Numbered from the stretch's first letter, positions 54,498 through 63,873 are shown. The stretch is DNA of 64,000 nt from Minisyncoccota bacterium (GCA_035546035.1 DASZXC010000008.1:5202-69201); one strand, 5' to 3'. Numbers and translations are program-made. The notes: generated by a model from the sequence alone, not told the origin.

Positions 54498-55577
54498 TTA
54501 AAGATGAGCGCCTATGAGGGAGCCGTAATCGAGCGACGACCTTTCGTCGAGATCCGGCAGGTCTCTGTCCGGTGACAGGACGTTCGTCCATACTGACCCT
54601 ACCTTTGCGGGCACTTTCGACGACAGCGACACGTATCGCGCAAGCCCCGGCACGCGTGCCGCGCTTCCGGCCAAAATGATATCCGCGACGTCCTCCGCCC
54701 CCCCGTTCTTGCGAGCCTCGGTGTGGAAATAGATTATCACTTTGCCGAGCTCGTCGCGGAGCGTCGAGAAGACCGGAAGCATGGCGTCAAAGAATTCCGC
54801 GTCAGGAACCTGCTTTGACGCAGGCGCGCCTGAAACCAAGGCTTTCGCATCTTCGGACGAGACATCGAACGTCTTTCCGACCGCGGTCTCGAGGTCGTTC
54901 GAGCCGACTTCGATCGAAGAGCTGAAAACGACCTTGCCTTTCTCTACGATGAAGACAACCGAATGGCGCGTATGGATATGGAGCACCGCATGGGCCCCCT
55001 TGTCGCCCTGCGGAACGAGCGCTCGCGCGAGCGAGCGCGACTCGGTCTCGAACGAGACGGGCATCAAGCCTCCGGACGAGAGGATATCCAAATATTGCTG
55101 GACGACGACTTCGGAGACGGCCGATACGGCGACATGGGTCTCGCCGCGGACTTCGTCGACGGCGATGACGTCGTATTCGAACAATGCCTCCGAAGGCGGG
55201 ATCGGCACGTTCTCTTCCAAAGCCGATTCGATCGCCGGGCGGATCTCCGCAGGGCTCATCGTCGGTACTTTCAGTTTGAATACGTACGCGTCGCCTTCAT
55301 GGATGACGACGCGGACCGCGCCGTATCGCTTGTCGTCCGCGAACGATTTAAGCGCCGCGGCCGCTTCGGCGAGAGCCTTATCGCCCTTCTCCTCCTTGGA
55401 GCTCATATGGATGCGCGGAAAAGGCAGGATGCCGTACGCTTTCGGCCTGACCTTGCCTTTGGATCGGGAGACTTCGAAATACCGGAGGGTGCCGTCGGTG
55501 ATATCCACTGACACGTTCGAGAGCACGAGGAGCTTAGGAACCGGAAATGCCCTTTTGATAAAGACTGCGGGTTTCAC
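54498..55577 (-). CDS. pilM: Type IV pilus assembly protein PilM (actin-like ATPase fold)
   Basis: 359 aa. Actin/FtsA-like fold signatures. Located upstream of pilN and pilO. Confidence 0.6.
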   Translation of the reverse strand: MKPAVFIKRAFPVPKLLVLSNVSVDITDGTLRYFEVSRSKGKVRPKAYGILPFPRIHMSSKEEKGDKALAEAAAALKSFADDKRYGAVRVVIHEGDAYVFKLKVPTMSPAEIRPAIESALEENVPIPPSEALFEYDVIAVDEVRGETHVAVSAVSEVVVQQYLDILSSGGLMPVSFETESRSLARALVPQGDKGAHAVLHIHTRHSVVFIVEKGKVVFSSSIEVGSNDLETAVGKTFDVSSEDAKALVSGAPASKQVPDAEFFDAMLPVFSTLRDELGKVIIYFHTEARKNGGAEDVADIILAGSAARVPGLARYVSLSSKVPAKVGSVWTNVLSPDRDLPDLDERSSLDYGSLIGAHL

Positions 55578-55589
55578 GCAGAGATTATA

Positions 55590-56204
55590 CTACATTTTCG
55601 GAGCTCCTTTCGGGCGCCTGCCGCGCAGCCATTCGACGGCGACGGGTATAAGCGAGACGAGGATGATGCCGAGGATTATGTATTCCAAATAGTTTTCCGC
55701 CGGCGGGTATGCGATACCGAGAAAGTAGCCAAAGAGCGTCAAAAGGAGCACCCAAAGCGTGCCGCCGATGATATTGAACGTCACGAACGTGCCGTATCTC
55801 ATCGTGCCTATACCGGCGACGATCGGAGCGAACGTGCGCACGACCGGGACGAAGCGGGCCAGGACGATAGCCTTGGGGCCATGCTCTTCATAGAACTTGC
55901 GCGACCTTTCGACGTGCTTTTTATGGAAAAAGAACGAATCCTCGCGGGAGAAAAGCGCCGGGCCGGTCCTTCGCCCGAATGCGTATCCCACATTGTCGCC
56001 GATAACGGCCGCGAGAGCGCAGCCGATGACGAGCCAGACGATGCTAAAATGTCCCTGCGACGCGAAGAGTCCCGCGGTAAAGAGAAGCGAGTCGCCTGGC
56101 AGGAAGAAGCCGAAAAAGAGCCCCGATTCAGCAAAGACTACGGCGAATATGCCGATAAGCCCTACGGCGGTTATAAGGTGTTGAGGTTCAAGATATTGGA
56201 GCAT
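55590..56204 (-). CDS. DedA-family (VTT/SNARE-associated domain) membrane protein
   Basis: 204 aa with the LPGDSLLFTAG motif and conserved DedA topology. Confidence 0.75.
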   Translation of the reverse strand: MLQYLEPQHLITAVGLIGIFAVVFAESGLFFGFFLPGDSLLFTAGLFASQGHFSIVWLVIGCALAAVIGDNVGYAFGRRTGPALFSREDSFFFHKKHVERSRKFYEEHGPKAIVLARFVPVVRTFAPIVAGIGTMRYGTFVTFNIIGGTLWVLLLTLFGYFLGIAYPPAENYLEYIILGIILVSLIPVAVEWLRGRRPKGAPKM

Positions 56205-56217
56205 AGAGATAGAACAG

Positions 56218-56619
56218 CTACTTCGCCCTGGTCCCTTCAGGGATGTCGCCCTGCGGTTCGAGGAGCGAGAATTTGCCGTCAGGCGTCGAGACCGCGAAAA
56301 GCATGCCGTTCGAATCGAAGCCTTTGATCTTGCGAGGCTCGAGGTTGGTCACGAACATGCACTTTTTGCCGACGAGCGAGGCTAGTTCTGGAAAATACAT
56401 GGAAATACCCGACACGATCTGGCGGATATCGCGCTTCATCTCGGTCATAGCGACTTCGGCGACGGGCGCGCCTTCGATGGCTATCGTCGCGACCTGTTCG
56501 GACGCAGGGCCGAAATCGACGGAGAGCTTTAAGAGCTTGTCCGTCTCCGGAATCTTCTCGGCGGAAAGTATCTTCCCTACCTTTATCTCGACCTTCGCGA
56601 AATCGTCGTATGAGATCAT
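56218..56619 (-). CDS. tRNA-binding domain protein (CsaA/YgjH family)
   Basis: 133 aa. FAKVEIKVGKILSAEKIPETDKLLKLSVDFG and an OB-fold tRNA_bind domain. Confidence 0.7.
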   Translation of the reverse strand: MISYDDFAKVEIKVGKILSAEKIPETDKLLKLSVDFGPASEQVATIAIEGAPVAEVAMTEMKRDIRQIVSGISMYFPELASLVGKKCMFVTNLEPRKIKGFDSNGMLFAVSTPDGKFSLLEPQGDIPEGTRAK

Positions 56620-56623
56620 GGGT

Positions 56624-57034
56624 TTATGATGATTTTGTCCTGTCTATATAACTCTGCAAGATGATAGAAGCGGCGGACGCGTCTATCATATCCGTTTTTC
56701 CGCTTTTCCCAAGCGTATGCCCGACCTGCGCCGCCTGATGCGACGAAAGCAGCTCCGGCTCATATACCACTACGACGCCGGCCTCGCGTTCGAGCTCGGC
56801 GACGAAGCGCCTGACGTCGGCCATGATCGGATTGTCCTTCATACCGAAGTCTTTCGACTCGCCGACGACGGCCGTGCCGATGCCGTGGCCCTTGATGAGG
56901 TCTTTGAGCTCGCGCATGAGGTAATTGTCGTTCGGCAGAACGGCTTTTGGGAACGCCATCATGGCTTTATCGTCCGAAATGGCGATGCCCACCCTCTTTT
57001 TTCCGTAATCTATGCCCAGGATTCGCATGGTCAT
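56624..57034 (-). CDS. ruvX: Putative pre-16S rRNA nuclease / Holliday junction resolvase YqgF (RuvX)
   Basis: 136 aa. ILGIDYGKKRVGIAISD and the RNase H-like fold motifs. Confidence 0.85.
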   Translation of the reverse strand: MTMRILGIDYGKKRVGIAISDDKAMMAFPKAVLPNDNYLMRELKDLIKGHGIGTAVVGESKDFGMKDNPIMADVRRFVAELEREAGVVVVYEPELLSSHQAAQVGHTLGKSGKTDMIDASAASIILQSYIDRTKSS

Positions 57035-57077
57035 ATAAGTGTACGGGTTCTCGTCCTAAATAAAAAGCTGCGGGTCT

Positions 57078-57653
57078 TTAGGCGGACCGCTGCGCCATGC
57101 GCTTCAGCGACTCTGCGAAATCGGGTAAGGCTGCGCCCACGATAACCGCGTCCGCGCCGTCTCGTATATCTTCGACCGTTCTTATATTGCTCGCCTGGCA
57201 CAGCCAGCCCGCGAATAGCGTTCGAGCCTCTTCGAACGTTTCCCGTTTCAGGCTTCCGTCGGACAGATCCCTGCTGTTCCAGACAACCTTGAGGCTTTTC
57301 GGAACGGCCTTCAACTCCTCGAGCGTAAGGGGCTCGATCAGGCATTTTTCCGCATGCACGCCTGGAATGCGGCCGACCACAAGGACGTAATCGGCCCCAG
57401 CTTTGACGGCTCGGTCGATCTCGCCATCGGTCGCGTGGATGCCTTTGGCGAGAATCGGTTTGCGGGTAAGCGATCTCGCTCTCTCGATCAATGCAAAAGA
57501 TCCGCCCCAGCGCGGGTCGGTATGGACTGAGACCATGTCTCCGATCTCGTTCGCAAGGGAGAACAGCTCGTCCCAGCTCTTCTCGGACTTGAAGCCGAAC
57601 GGCGACCGAGTCTTCACTTCGGCGATAATCTGGACGTTCCTGTGCATATTCAA
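57078..57653 (-). CDS. Indole-3-glycerol-phosphate synthase-like TIM-barrel protein (short form)
   Basis: 191 aa. IIAEVKTRSPFG, KGIHATDGEI, WNSRDL and IVGAALP match IGPS (TrpC) motifs. It lacks the usual N-terminal extension. Confidence 0.5.
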   Translation of the reverse strand: MNMHRNVQIIAEVKTRSPFGFKSEKSWDELFSLANEIGDMVSVHTDPRWGGSFALIERARSLTRKPILAKGIHATDGEIDRAVKAGADYVLVVGRIPGVHAEKCLIEPLTLEELKAVPKSLKVVWNSRDLSDGSLKRETFEEARTLFAGWLCQASNIRTVEDIRDGADAVIVGAALPDFAESLKRMAQRSA

Positions 57654-57662
57654 AGATTCGAG

Positions 57663-57749
57663 CGGATGGGGTGAGATTCGAACTCACGGTCCCCTTGCGA
57701 GGACGACAGTTTTCAAGACTGTTCCGTTAGACCGCTCCGGCACCCATCC
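57663..57749 (-). tRNA. tRNA-Ser (anticodon TGA)
   Basis: Manual fold. Acceptor GGATGGG/CCCATCC with discriminator G. Long variable arm. Anticodon loop CUUGAAA. Confidence 0.7.
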
Positions 57750-57790
57750 GTGCCTCAACGTTACAACATATGATGCTATAATCAAGGGCG

Positions 57791-58246
57791 ATGAAAGAGT
57801 TCAGGTGGCAGACCCTCGAATACGTCTATAGCGAGAAAAGCTCCGACTGGTATTGGACCGTCGGGATCGTTTCCGTCGCGATCGCCGTCGTCGCCGTCAT
57901 ATTCGGAGACGCGCTCTTCGGCGTCGTGGTCGCGATCGGCGCGTTCTCGCTCACCATGCTCTCCTCGCGCCAGCCGAAAACAATATCGGTCGAGGTGACC
58001 GACAAGGGCGTCGCGATAGACAAAACCCTGTATCCGTATCCTGCCCTCGACGCGTTTTCGGTGGATGAAGACCATCATCACGGACCGAGGCTCCTCCTTA
58101 AGTCCAAGAAGGTCGTCATGCCCCTCATAACGGTTCAGGTCGCGACAGACCCCGACGCTCTGCGCGCGTTTCTCGTCACGCACCTCAAGCAGGAAACTTT
58201 CGACCAGGGCATCCTACACGCGGCCCTCGAAAGGATCGGATTCTGA
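57791..58246 (+). CDS. Hypothetical membrane protein
   Basis: 151 aa with two TM helices near the N-terminus. Confidence 0.4.
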   Translation: MKEFRWQTLEYVYSEKSSDWYWTVGIVSVAIAVVAVIFGDALFGVVVAIGAFSLTMLSSRQPKTISVEVTDKGVAIDKTLYPYPALDAFSVDEDHHHGPRLLLKSKKVVMPLITVQVATDPDALRAFLVTHLKQETFDQGILHAALERIGF

Positions 58247-58291
58247 ATCTCCTTTTACTTTTCGCGATTTTCCTGTAAGTTAGTCTGGCAC

Positions 58292-58366
58292 GCTCTCGTC
58301 GTTCAATGGATAGGACACTTCCCTGCGAAGGAAGAAATCCAGGTTCGATTCCTGGCGGGAGCACCA
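58292..58366 (+). tRNA. tRNA-Arg (anticodon GCG), CCA encoded
   Basis: Manual fold. Acceptor GCTCTCG/CGGGAGC with discriminator A and CCA. Anticodon stem CTTCC/GGAAG. Anticodon loop CUGCGAA. Confidence 0.6.
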
Positions 58367-58367
58367 A

Positions 58368-58406
58368 ATAGCAAAATCGCCCCATTCAGGGCGATTTTGC
58401 TATTTG
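58368..58406. terminator. Perfect 13-bp hairpin; bidirectional terminator for tRNA-Arg (+) and rpsT (-)
   Basis: agcaaaatcgccc cattca gggcgattttgct. Confidence 0.6.
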
Positions 58407-58663
58407 ATCTTCTTGATGAGAGCCGAGAGGCGGGACTTTTTCCTCGAAGCCGCGTTCGGCTTGATGAAATGGGTCTTTGCGGCTTTGTCGAGTTCTGCGT
58501 ATGCCTTCGGGAGGAGCTTCATAGCCTCGCCCTTATTGCCCTGCGATACGAGCTTCTTGATCTGCTTCGTCACGTCAGAGACCGCGTCGCGGTGATGGAT
58601 ATTGAACACGCGCTTCTTTTTCGATGCGCGGAGGGCCTTCTTTGCTGAAGATGTGATTGCCAT
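58400..58663 (-). CDS. rpsT: 30S ribosomal protein S20
   Basis: 87 aa, MAITSSAKKALRASKKKRVFN... The whole protein is basic and alpha-helical. Confidence 0.9.
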   Translation of the reverse strand: MAITSSAKKALRASKKKRVFNIHHRDAVSDVTKQIKKLVSQGNKGEAMKLLPKAYAELDKAAKTHFIKPNAASRKKSRLSALIKKIK

Positions 58664-58743
58664 ATGTGCGCGTCAGAGTACCAAAAAGCCTGAAAAAATG
58701 CAATGAAACGGCACTTTTTCCGCGGATTCGGTATACTGGGAGC

Positions 58744-59310
58744 GTGATCACGCATATAAAAGGAAGGATAATAGACAAGGAAGAGCGCTCGCTGGTCGTG
58801 GACGTGAACGGCCTCGGATACAAGGCATTCGTCACGGGTGCGACGCTCGAAAAGGCGCGAGACGGCGCTGAAATAGCCCTTTGGACGCACCTCGCCGTCC
58901 GCGAAGACGCGCATACGCTTTTCGGCTTCCCTTCCAAAGACGAGCTCAATTTCTTCGAGCTTCTTATCTCCGTCTCTGGCATCGGGCCGAAGACCGCGCT
59001 CGGCATTTTGAACGTCTCGTCGGTCGCTAACATCCGCAAAGCCGTTTCCACGGGGGATACGTCGCATCTGACCAAAGTCTCCGGCGTCGGAAAAAAGATC
59101 GCCGACAAGATCGTGCTCGAGCTCAAGGGCAAATTCGACGCGGAGGACTCGGCCGGCATATCGCTCCGCGACGAAGTGGACGCCCTCGAGGCTCTCAAAG
59201 CTCTCGGCTTCAAGCATAGCGACGCGCGCGAAGCCCTTAAACAAGTAGACCGGTCCGTTACCGACACCGGCGAGCGCGTCAAAAAGGCTCTCAAGGTTCT
59301 GGGCAAATAG
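58744..59310 (+). CDS. ruvA: Holliday junction DNA helicase RuvA
   Basis: The probable start is GTG (VITHIKGRII...). The ORF-track ATG at 58657 would overlap the rpsT start. HhH motifs are present (LISVSGIGPKTALGIL, LTKVSGVGKKIADKI). Confidence 0.75.
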   Translation: MITHIKGRIIDKEERSLVVDVNGLGYKAFVTGATLEKARDGAEIALWTHLAVREDAHTLFGFPSKDELNFFELLISVSGIGPKTALGILNVSSVANIRKAVSTGDTSHLTKVSGVGKKIADKIVLELKGKFDAEDSAGISLRDEVDALEALKALGFKHSDAREALKQVDRSVTDTGERVKKALKVLGK

Positions 59311-59320
59311 CGATACAGAG

Positions 59321-60598
59321 ATGATCGAATCGATACTCTATTCCCTCAAGAAAGTCATACCTCATTCGATATTCGCATTCTTTCAGCCTGCGTATCACAT
59401 CAGCCTGTCATTCCTCGGCGCGGTCATATACGGATTCCCTTCCCGCAGGCTGAAAGTCGTCGCCGTCACGGGAACCAAGGGCAAAACATCCGTCACCGAG
59501 TTAGTGAACGCCATACTGGAAGAAGCCGGATACGAGACCGCCGTCTCGAATACGATCAGGTTCAAGATCGGCAAGACGAGCGAAGACAACCTCTATAAGA
59601 TGTCCATGCCCGGACGCTTCTTCATCCAGAAATTCCTGAAGAGGGCCGCCGCCGCCGGTTGCACATACGCGGTCATCGAAGTCACGTCCCAAGGCGCATT
59701 GCTCCATCGCCACCGCTTCATCTGCTATGACGCCCTCATATTCACCAACCTGGCTCCTGAACACATCGAAGCGCACGGCTCATATGAAAATTATGTCCGA
59801 GCGAAGCTCGCCATCGCCGAAGCGGCGGCAAAATCCACAAAAAAGCGCACCCTGCTCATCGCCAATGCCGACGACAAAGTCACCGACCTCTTTCTGAAAA
59901 AGGATTTCACTGAAAAGCGCCTCTATTCCCTCGACGATGCCAAGCCGTACGACCTCCATAAGGAAGGCTTCGATATGACGGTTCAGAACGTGAAGATCCA
60001 TTCTAAGCTTTCAGGCGAGTTCAATATATATAACGAGCTCGCGGCCATAACGCTCGCTGACGCAGAGGATATTTCCATAGATACGTCGAAAAAAGCGCTT
60101 GAAAAATTCTCGGGCATCCGAGGGCGCGTCGAAAAAATAGACGCCGGGCAGGATTTCACGGTCATCGTGGACTATGCCCATACGCCCGACTCTCTCCAAA
60201 AGCTCTATAACGTATACAAAGGAACGCGCCGCATATGCGTCCTCGGCAATACCGGCGGCGGGCGCGACACATGGAAGCGCGACGAGATGGCCAAGATCGC
60301 CGAAAGCGAATGCGACGAGATCATCCTGACGAACGAGGACCCGTACGACGACAATCCGCGAAAGATCGTAGACGACATGGCCCAGGCGATCAGTCCCGCA
60401 GCGCGCGAGAAAAAGCTCCGCGTCATCATGGACCGCCGCGAGGCTATAGCGAAAGCGCTCTCCCTCGCCCATTCCGGCGATTCGGTCCTCATCACCGGAA
60501 AAGGCACCGACCCGTATATCATGGGCCCGAACAATGCGAAACAGCCGTGGTCCGATGCGAAAGTAGCGCGAGAAGAATTGGTAAGGATACGGAAATAA
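59321..60598 (+). CDS. Mur ligase family protein (MurE-like central and C-terminal domains) with N-terminal hydrophobic segment
   Basis: 425 aa. P-loop VAVTGTKGKTS. DYAHTPDSL (MurE-type). It lacks the usual N-terminal UDP-binding domain. Confidence 0.55.
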   Translation: MIESILYSLKKVIPHSIFAFFQPAYHISLSFLGAVIYGFPSRRLKVVAVTGTKGKTSVTELVNAILEEAGYETAVSNTIRFKIGKTSEDNLYKMSMPGRFFIQKFLKRAAAAGCTYAVIEVTSQGALLHRHRFICYDALIFTNLAPEHIEAHGSYENYVRAKLAIAEAAAKSTKKRTLLIANADDKVTDLFLKKDFTEKRLYSLDDAKPYDLHKEGFDMTVQNVKIHSKLSGEFNIYNELAAITLADAEDISIDTSKKALEKFSGIRGRVEKIDAGQDFTVIVDYAHTPDSLQKLYNVYKGTRRICVLGNTGGGRDTWKRDEMAKIAESECDEIILTNEDPYDDNPRKIVDDMAQAISPAAREKKLRVIMDRREAIAKALSLAHSGDSVLITGKGTDPYIMGPNNAKQPWSDAKVAREELVRIRK

Positions 60599-60627
60599 AA
60601 AAATAGCCCGGCGAACCGGGCTATTGC
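60597..60627. terminator. Bidirectional terminator
   Basis: aaaaatagcccgg cgaa ccgggctatt. Confidence 0.55.
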
Positions 60628-60638
60628 ATTGATATATT

Positions 60639-60956
60639 TCAGGCGGTAAGCGCCATGTTCTCGTACGAGCCTTCGAACATGACATCGAGCTTGCCGTCCT
60701 TCTGCTTGAAGAACTGCGGGGTCAGCTGATGGGCTTCCAGGAACTCCTTCATCTGGCGAGCCAGACAAGGGCCTTTGTAGGTCATCTTGCGGAGGGCGAT
60801 GCAGAGCGCCCGGCGCTCGCGGGGATCGAGCGGGCGCTCATTCTCGTCCACGAAGCTCCATGGCGGGCCGTCGCCGACGCCCTCGTGGATATTGATCGCG
60901 ACGCCGTTGGAGAGATACCGGACTGACCAGGCTGTAATAAAGAAGAGCAGTTTCAT
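60639..60956 (-). CDS. Small secreted hypothetical protein
   Basis: 105 aa with a signal-peptide-like N-terminus (MKLLFFITAWSV). Confidence 0.35.
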   Translation of the reverse strand: MKLLFFITAWSVRYLSNGVAINIHEGVGDGPPWSFVDENERPLDPRERRALCIALRKMTYKGPCLARQMKEFLEAHQLTPQFFKQKDGKLDVMFEGSYENMALTA

Positions 60957-61009
60957 ATCATTAAATTACCCCGCTTTTCCCATCTGTCAATATATAGTAG
61001 GTTAGAGCC

Positions 61010-61939
61010 ATGCCCGAACTCCCCGAAGTCCAAACGACGGTCAACGGCATCAAAGAGAATCTGGTCGGCCTTTTGATCGAGGACGCCTGGACCGATTATA
61101 AGAGCGCGCATCATATCGGCAAGGACAATATAAAAGATCCGGCATACTTTGCGCATTTCCGCAAAGATATTCTGGGCGCGAAAATAACCGGCTCATCTCG
61201 CCGCGGCAAAAACGTCCTTATCCACCTGTCGAACGGAAAGACGATCCTCATTCACATGAAGATGACCGGCCATGTGATGTATGGGAAATATAAATTAGGC
61301 AAAAACGCCAAGGGCCGCAAAGAATGGACCGCGACGGAGGCCGGCCCCCTGCGCGACGACCCTTTCAATAAGTTCCTGCATTTCGTCCTGGCATTTTCGA
61401 ATGGAAAGCATATGGTCCTTTCGGATATGAGAAAATTCGCGAAAGTCACGCTCGTAGATACCGACAAGATCGCGGAATCGCTCCACCTTTCCGCTCACGG
61501 GCCGGAACCTCTGGAAAAGAGCTTCGATGTTAGAGCGTTGAAAGCCGCTGTATCCAAGCGCCCGAAAGGCCGGATCAAAGCCGTGCTCATGGACCATCAG
61601 ATAATTTCCGGCATCGGCAACATCTATTCCGACGAGATACTCTGGCGCGCCGGCATCCATCCTTTGCAGAAAATCAAAGAGGTTCCGAACGAGAAATGGC
61701 CTCCGATCTGGAAAGCAATGAAGGAGACTTTGAACAAAGGCATCGATTTCGGCGGCGACTCCATGTCGGACTATCGCAATATTCACGGCGAGCGCGGCAA
61801 ATTCCAGGAAAAACATAATGCCTATCGCAAAACGGGCAAGAGATGCGCGAAACCCGGCTGCGGCGGCACCATCGTCCGCATCAAAGTCGGCGGCCGAAGC
61901 GCCCATTTCTGCGACACGCATCAAAAGCTGATACTATAA
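61010..61939 (+). CDS. fpg: Formamidopyrimidine-DNA glycosylase (Fpg/Nei family)
   Basis: 309 aa. The N-terminus is MPELPEVQT (catalytic Pro2/Glu3). H2TH. C-terminal zinc finger CAKPGCGG...HFCDTHQ. Confidence 0.85.
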   Translation: MPELPEVQTTVNGIKENLVGLLIEDAWTDYKSAHHIGKDNIKDPAYFAHFRKDILGAKITGSSRRGKNVLIHLSNGKTILIHMKMTGHVMYGKYKLGKNAKGRKEWTATEAGPLRDDPFNKFLHFVLAFSNGKHMVLSDMRKFAKVTLVDTDKIAESLHLSAHGPEPLEKSFDVRALKAAVSKRPKGRIKAVLMDHQIISGIGNIYSDEILWRAGIHPLQKIKEVPNEKWPPIWKAMKETLNKGIDFGGDSMSDYRNIHGERGKFQEKHNAYRKTGKRCAKPGCGGTIVRIKVGGRSAHFCDTHQKLIL

Positions 61940-61943
61940 AGCC

Positions 61944-62816
61944 ATGGACGATATCAAGGACATATTCAAGGGCCTCTTCGAGCATTTCGGCTGGTTCATA
62001 TGGGCGCTCGTCGGCCTCGGCATCATCTGGTTCTTCACCGGCGGCGCCTATAACGAGAGCGCGCACGAAGGCGCGTACATAAAGCCGCTCGCTCCCCTCG
62101 ATTCCGGCCAAACCTACGGCACGTATTACGCAGGCGCCCCGACAAAACAGAAAGAGACGCTCGATATCCCTGAATCCCCTGCCGATATTGCCCGCAGGGC
62201 GGAGGCCGTCATCACCGACTTCGTCACCCGCGCGAAGCGCGCCGAGACGATCCACGCTAATTCCGCCCTCGCCAAAAGCATATCGTTCGACGGCATAGCC
62301 GGAGCCAAGGGCGATAATCCGCAGACCGAATACGTCCGCATTATATCGAGCGAAGGCGCAGCTGATCCCATAAAGCTTTCGGGTCTGACGCTCGTCGGCA
62401 CGGGCCTACCTGAAGGCATATCGATCCCGAAAGGCGTCTTCGCCTATATGACGAATCAGAAGAACGCCAATGAAGATGTGTACCTCGCGCCGGGCGGCCG
62501 GGCGATCGTTTCGTCGGGAGTGTCCCCTCTCGGCGCTTCATTCCAGATCAATAAATGCTCCGGATACCTGAACGAGATCGGCGCGTTCACGCCGGCGCTC
62601 CGAAACGAATGCCCTGACGGATCGAACTGCCGTTCGAATGCGTATCGCGGCTACACATACAATGCCTGCGTCGCCGCGTACCAAAAGGATGCGGATTTCT
62701 ATTCCCATGAATGGAGGATATTCCTCGGCTCGCCATATGAGCTCTGGAAAAATAGCCGCGAGGTCATAGAGCTCCTCGATGCCAAGGGAAATATCATAGA
62801 CGCGATCACGTACTGA
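61944..62816 (+). CDS. Secreted protein paralogous to 8665..9630 (shared Cys-rich C-terminal domain)
   Basis: 290 aa with a signal anchor. The C-terminus CSGYLNEIGAFTPALRNECP...YNACVAAYQKDADFYSHEWRIFLGSPYELW...ELLDAKGNIIDAITY aligns with the protein at 8665. Confidence 0.6.
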   Translation: MDDIKDIFKGLFEHFGWFIWALVGLGIIWFFTGGAYNESAHEGAYIKPLAPLDSGQTYGTYYAGAPTKQKETLDIPESPADIARRAEAVITDFVTRAKRAETIHANSALAKSISFDGIAGAKGDNPQTEYVRIISSEGAADPIKLSGLTLVGTGLPEGISIPKGVFAYMTNQKNANEDVYLAPGGRAIVSSGVSPLGASFQINKCSGYLNEIGAFTPALRNECPDGSNCRSNAYRGYTYNACVAAYQKDADFYSHEWRIFLGSPYELWKNSREVIELLDAKGNIIDAITY

Positions 62817-62825
62817 TCGCGCGAT

Positions 62826-63302
62826 CTAAGCGCGGTCGAACCACCTGAATAGAGCGATCCCTGCCGAAACCGAAACATTGAGAGACTCTTTTTTGCCGCG
62901 CATAGGGATTTCGGCTATGACGTCGGTTTTAGAGAGGATCGATTTCGAGACGCCGGAGACTTCGTTCCCGAATACGACGAGCACCTTGGCGCCGGGGCGA
63001 AGCTTCTTGTAATCACGGCTCTCGGCGTTCTGTTCGAGGGCGATGACTTCGAATCCTTCTTTTTTAAGGTCTGCGATGATCTTGCCCGGCATCTTCGCAT
63101 ATTCCCACGGAACGGTCTTCTCGGAACCGAGAGCGCATTTGGCGAAATCGGCGCGCGGCTGATCGAAACGATCCACGGGCGTCGGCGAATAGCCGGAGAG
63201 ATATATCTTCGACGCGCCGATAGCGTCGGCCGTCCTGAATATGGCGCCGACATTATACACGGAGCGGATATCGTGGAGAAGGATGCGGACGTCCTGTTTC
63301 AT
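62826..63302 (-). CDS. SpoU/TrmH-family tRNA/rRNA 2'-O-methyltransferase (TrmL-like)
   Basis: 158 aa with the SPOUT motifs (HDIRSVYNVGAIFRTADA, VVFGNEVSGVS, SLNVSVSAGIALF). Confidence 0.8.
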   Translation of the reverse strand: MKQDVRILLHDIRSVYNVGAIFRTADAIGASKIYLSGYSPTPVDRFDQPRADFAKCALGSEKTVPWEYAKMPGKIIADLKKEGFEVIALEQNAESRDYKKLRPGAKVLVVFGNEVSGVSKSILSKTDVIAEIPMRGKKESLNVSVSAGIALFRWFDRA

Positions 63303-63309
63303 TTCGATG

Positions 63310-63382
63310 TCCGCCCACCAGGAATCGAACCTGGGACCATCTCCTTAAAAGGGAGCTGCTCTACCGACTGAGCTATGGGCGG
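63310..63382 (-). tRNA. tRNA-Lys (anticodon TTT)
   Basis: Manual fold. D-arm GCTC/GAGC. Anticodon loop CUUUUAA. T-arm CCAGG/CCTGG. Acceptor CCGCCCA/TGGGCGG with discriminator A, giving an unusual C1:G72. Confidence 0.65.
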
Positions 63383-63504
63383 AATATGGCGATAATAGCG
63401 CAAAAGGCTTGGAATCTCAATTTTAGTGTGGTATTTTCATTCGGTCGGCCCATGTCGGGCAGGCGCTCGCAGGAGCAACCAAGAGCTGTTCTTTAATATA
63501 CGTT

Positions 63505-63873
63505 ATGCCCCTCAAATGCATTCAGAGCGGTTCAAAGCTCGCCGGAAAGTTCTACGTGACTGATCGCTTCCGGGATCACGTCATTTGCCCCCTTTCTGCC
63601 GAGATCATCGACAAGATCCCCGAATCGGCCCGTCGCCAGGCGCGCTGCGAGGATCTTGAGGACTATCTCGGCATCGACGTCTCAGTCGGCAAGGCGAATG
63701 AAGACGCCGAGAACGGAGGATACCTCGATATCCCGCTCGCATCGGGAAAATTCCAGTTCTCGATCAGCAGGGAGAACATGTATCGCTATATCGGCCGCCT
63801 CGTCGAGTATTTTCCGGAGAGGCGGGCGCCGCAGAGGAGATTCCATCGCGGTCCGACCAGGATCGTCGCTTGA
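63505..63873 (+). CDS. Hypothetical protein
   Basis: 122-aa ORF with no recognisable family. Confidence 0.3.
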   Translation: MPLKCIQSGSKLAGKFYVTDRFRDHVICPLSAEIIDKIPESARRQARCEDLEDYLGIDVSVGKANEDAENGGYLDIPLASGKFQFSISRENMYRYIGRLVEYFPERRAPQRRFHRGPTRIVA

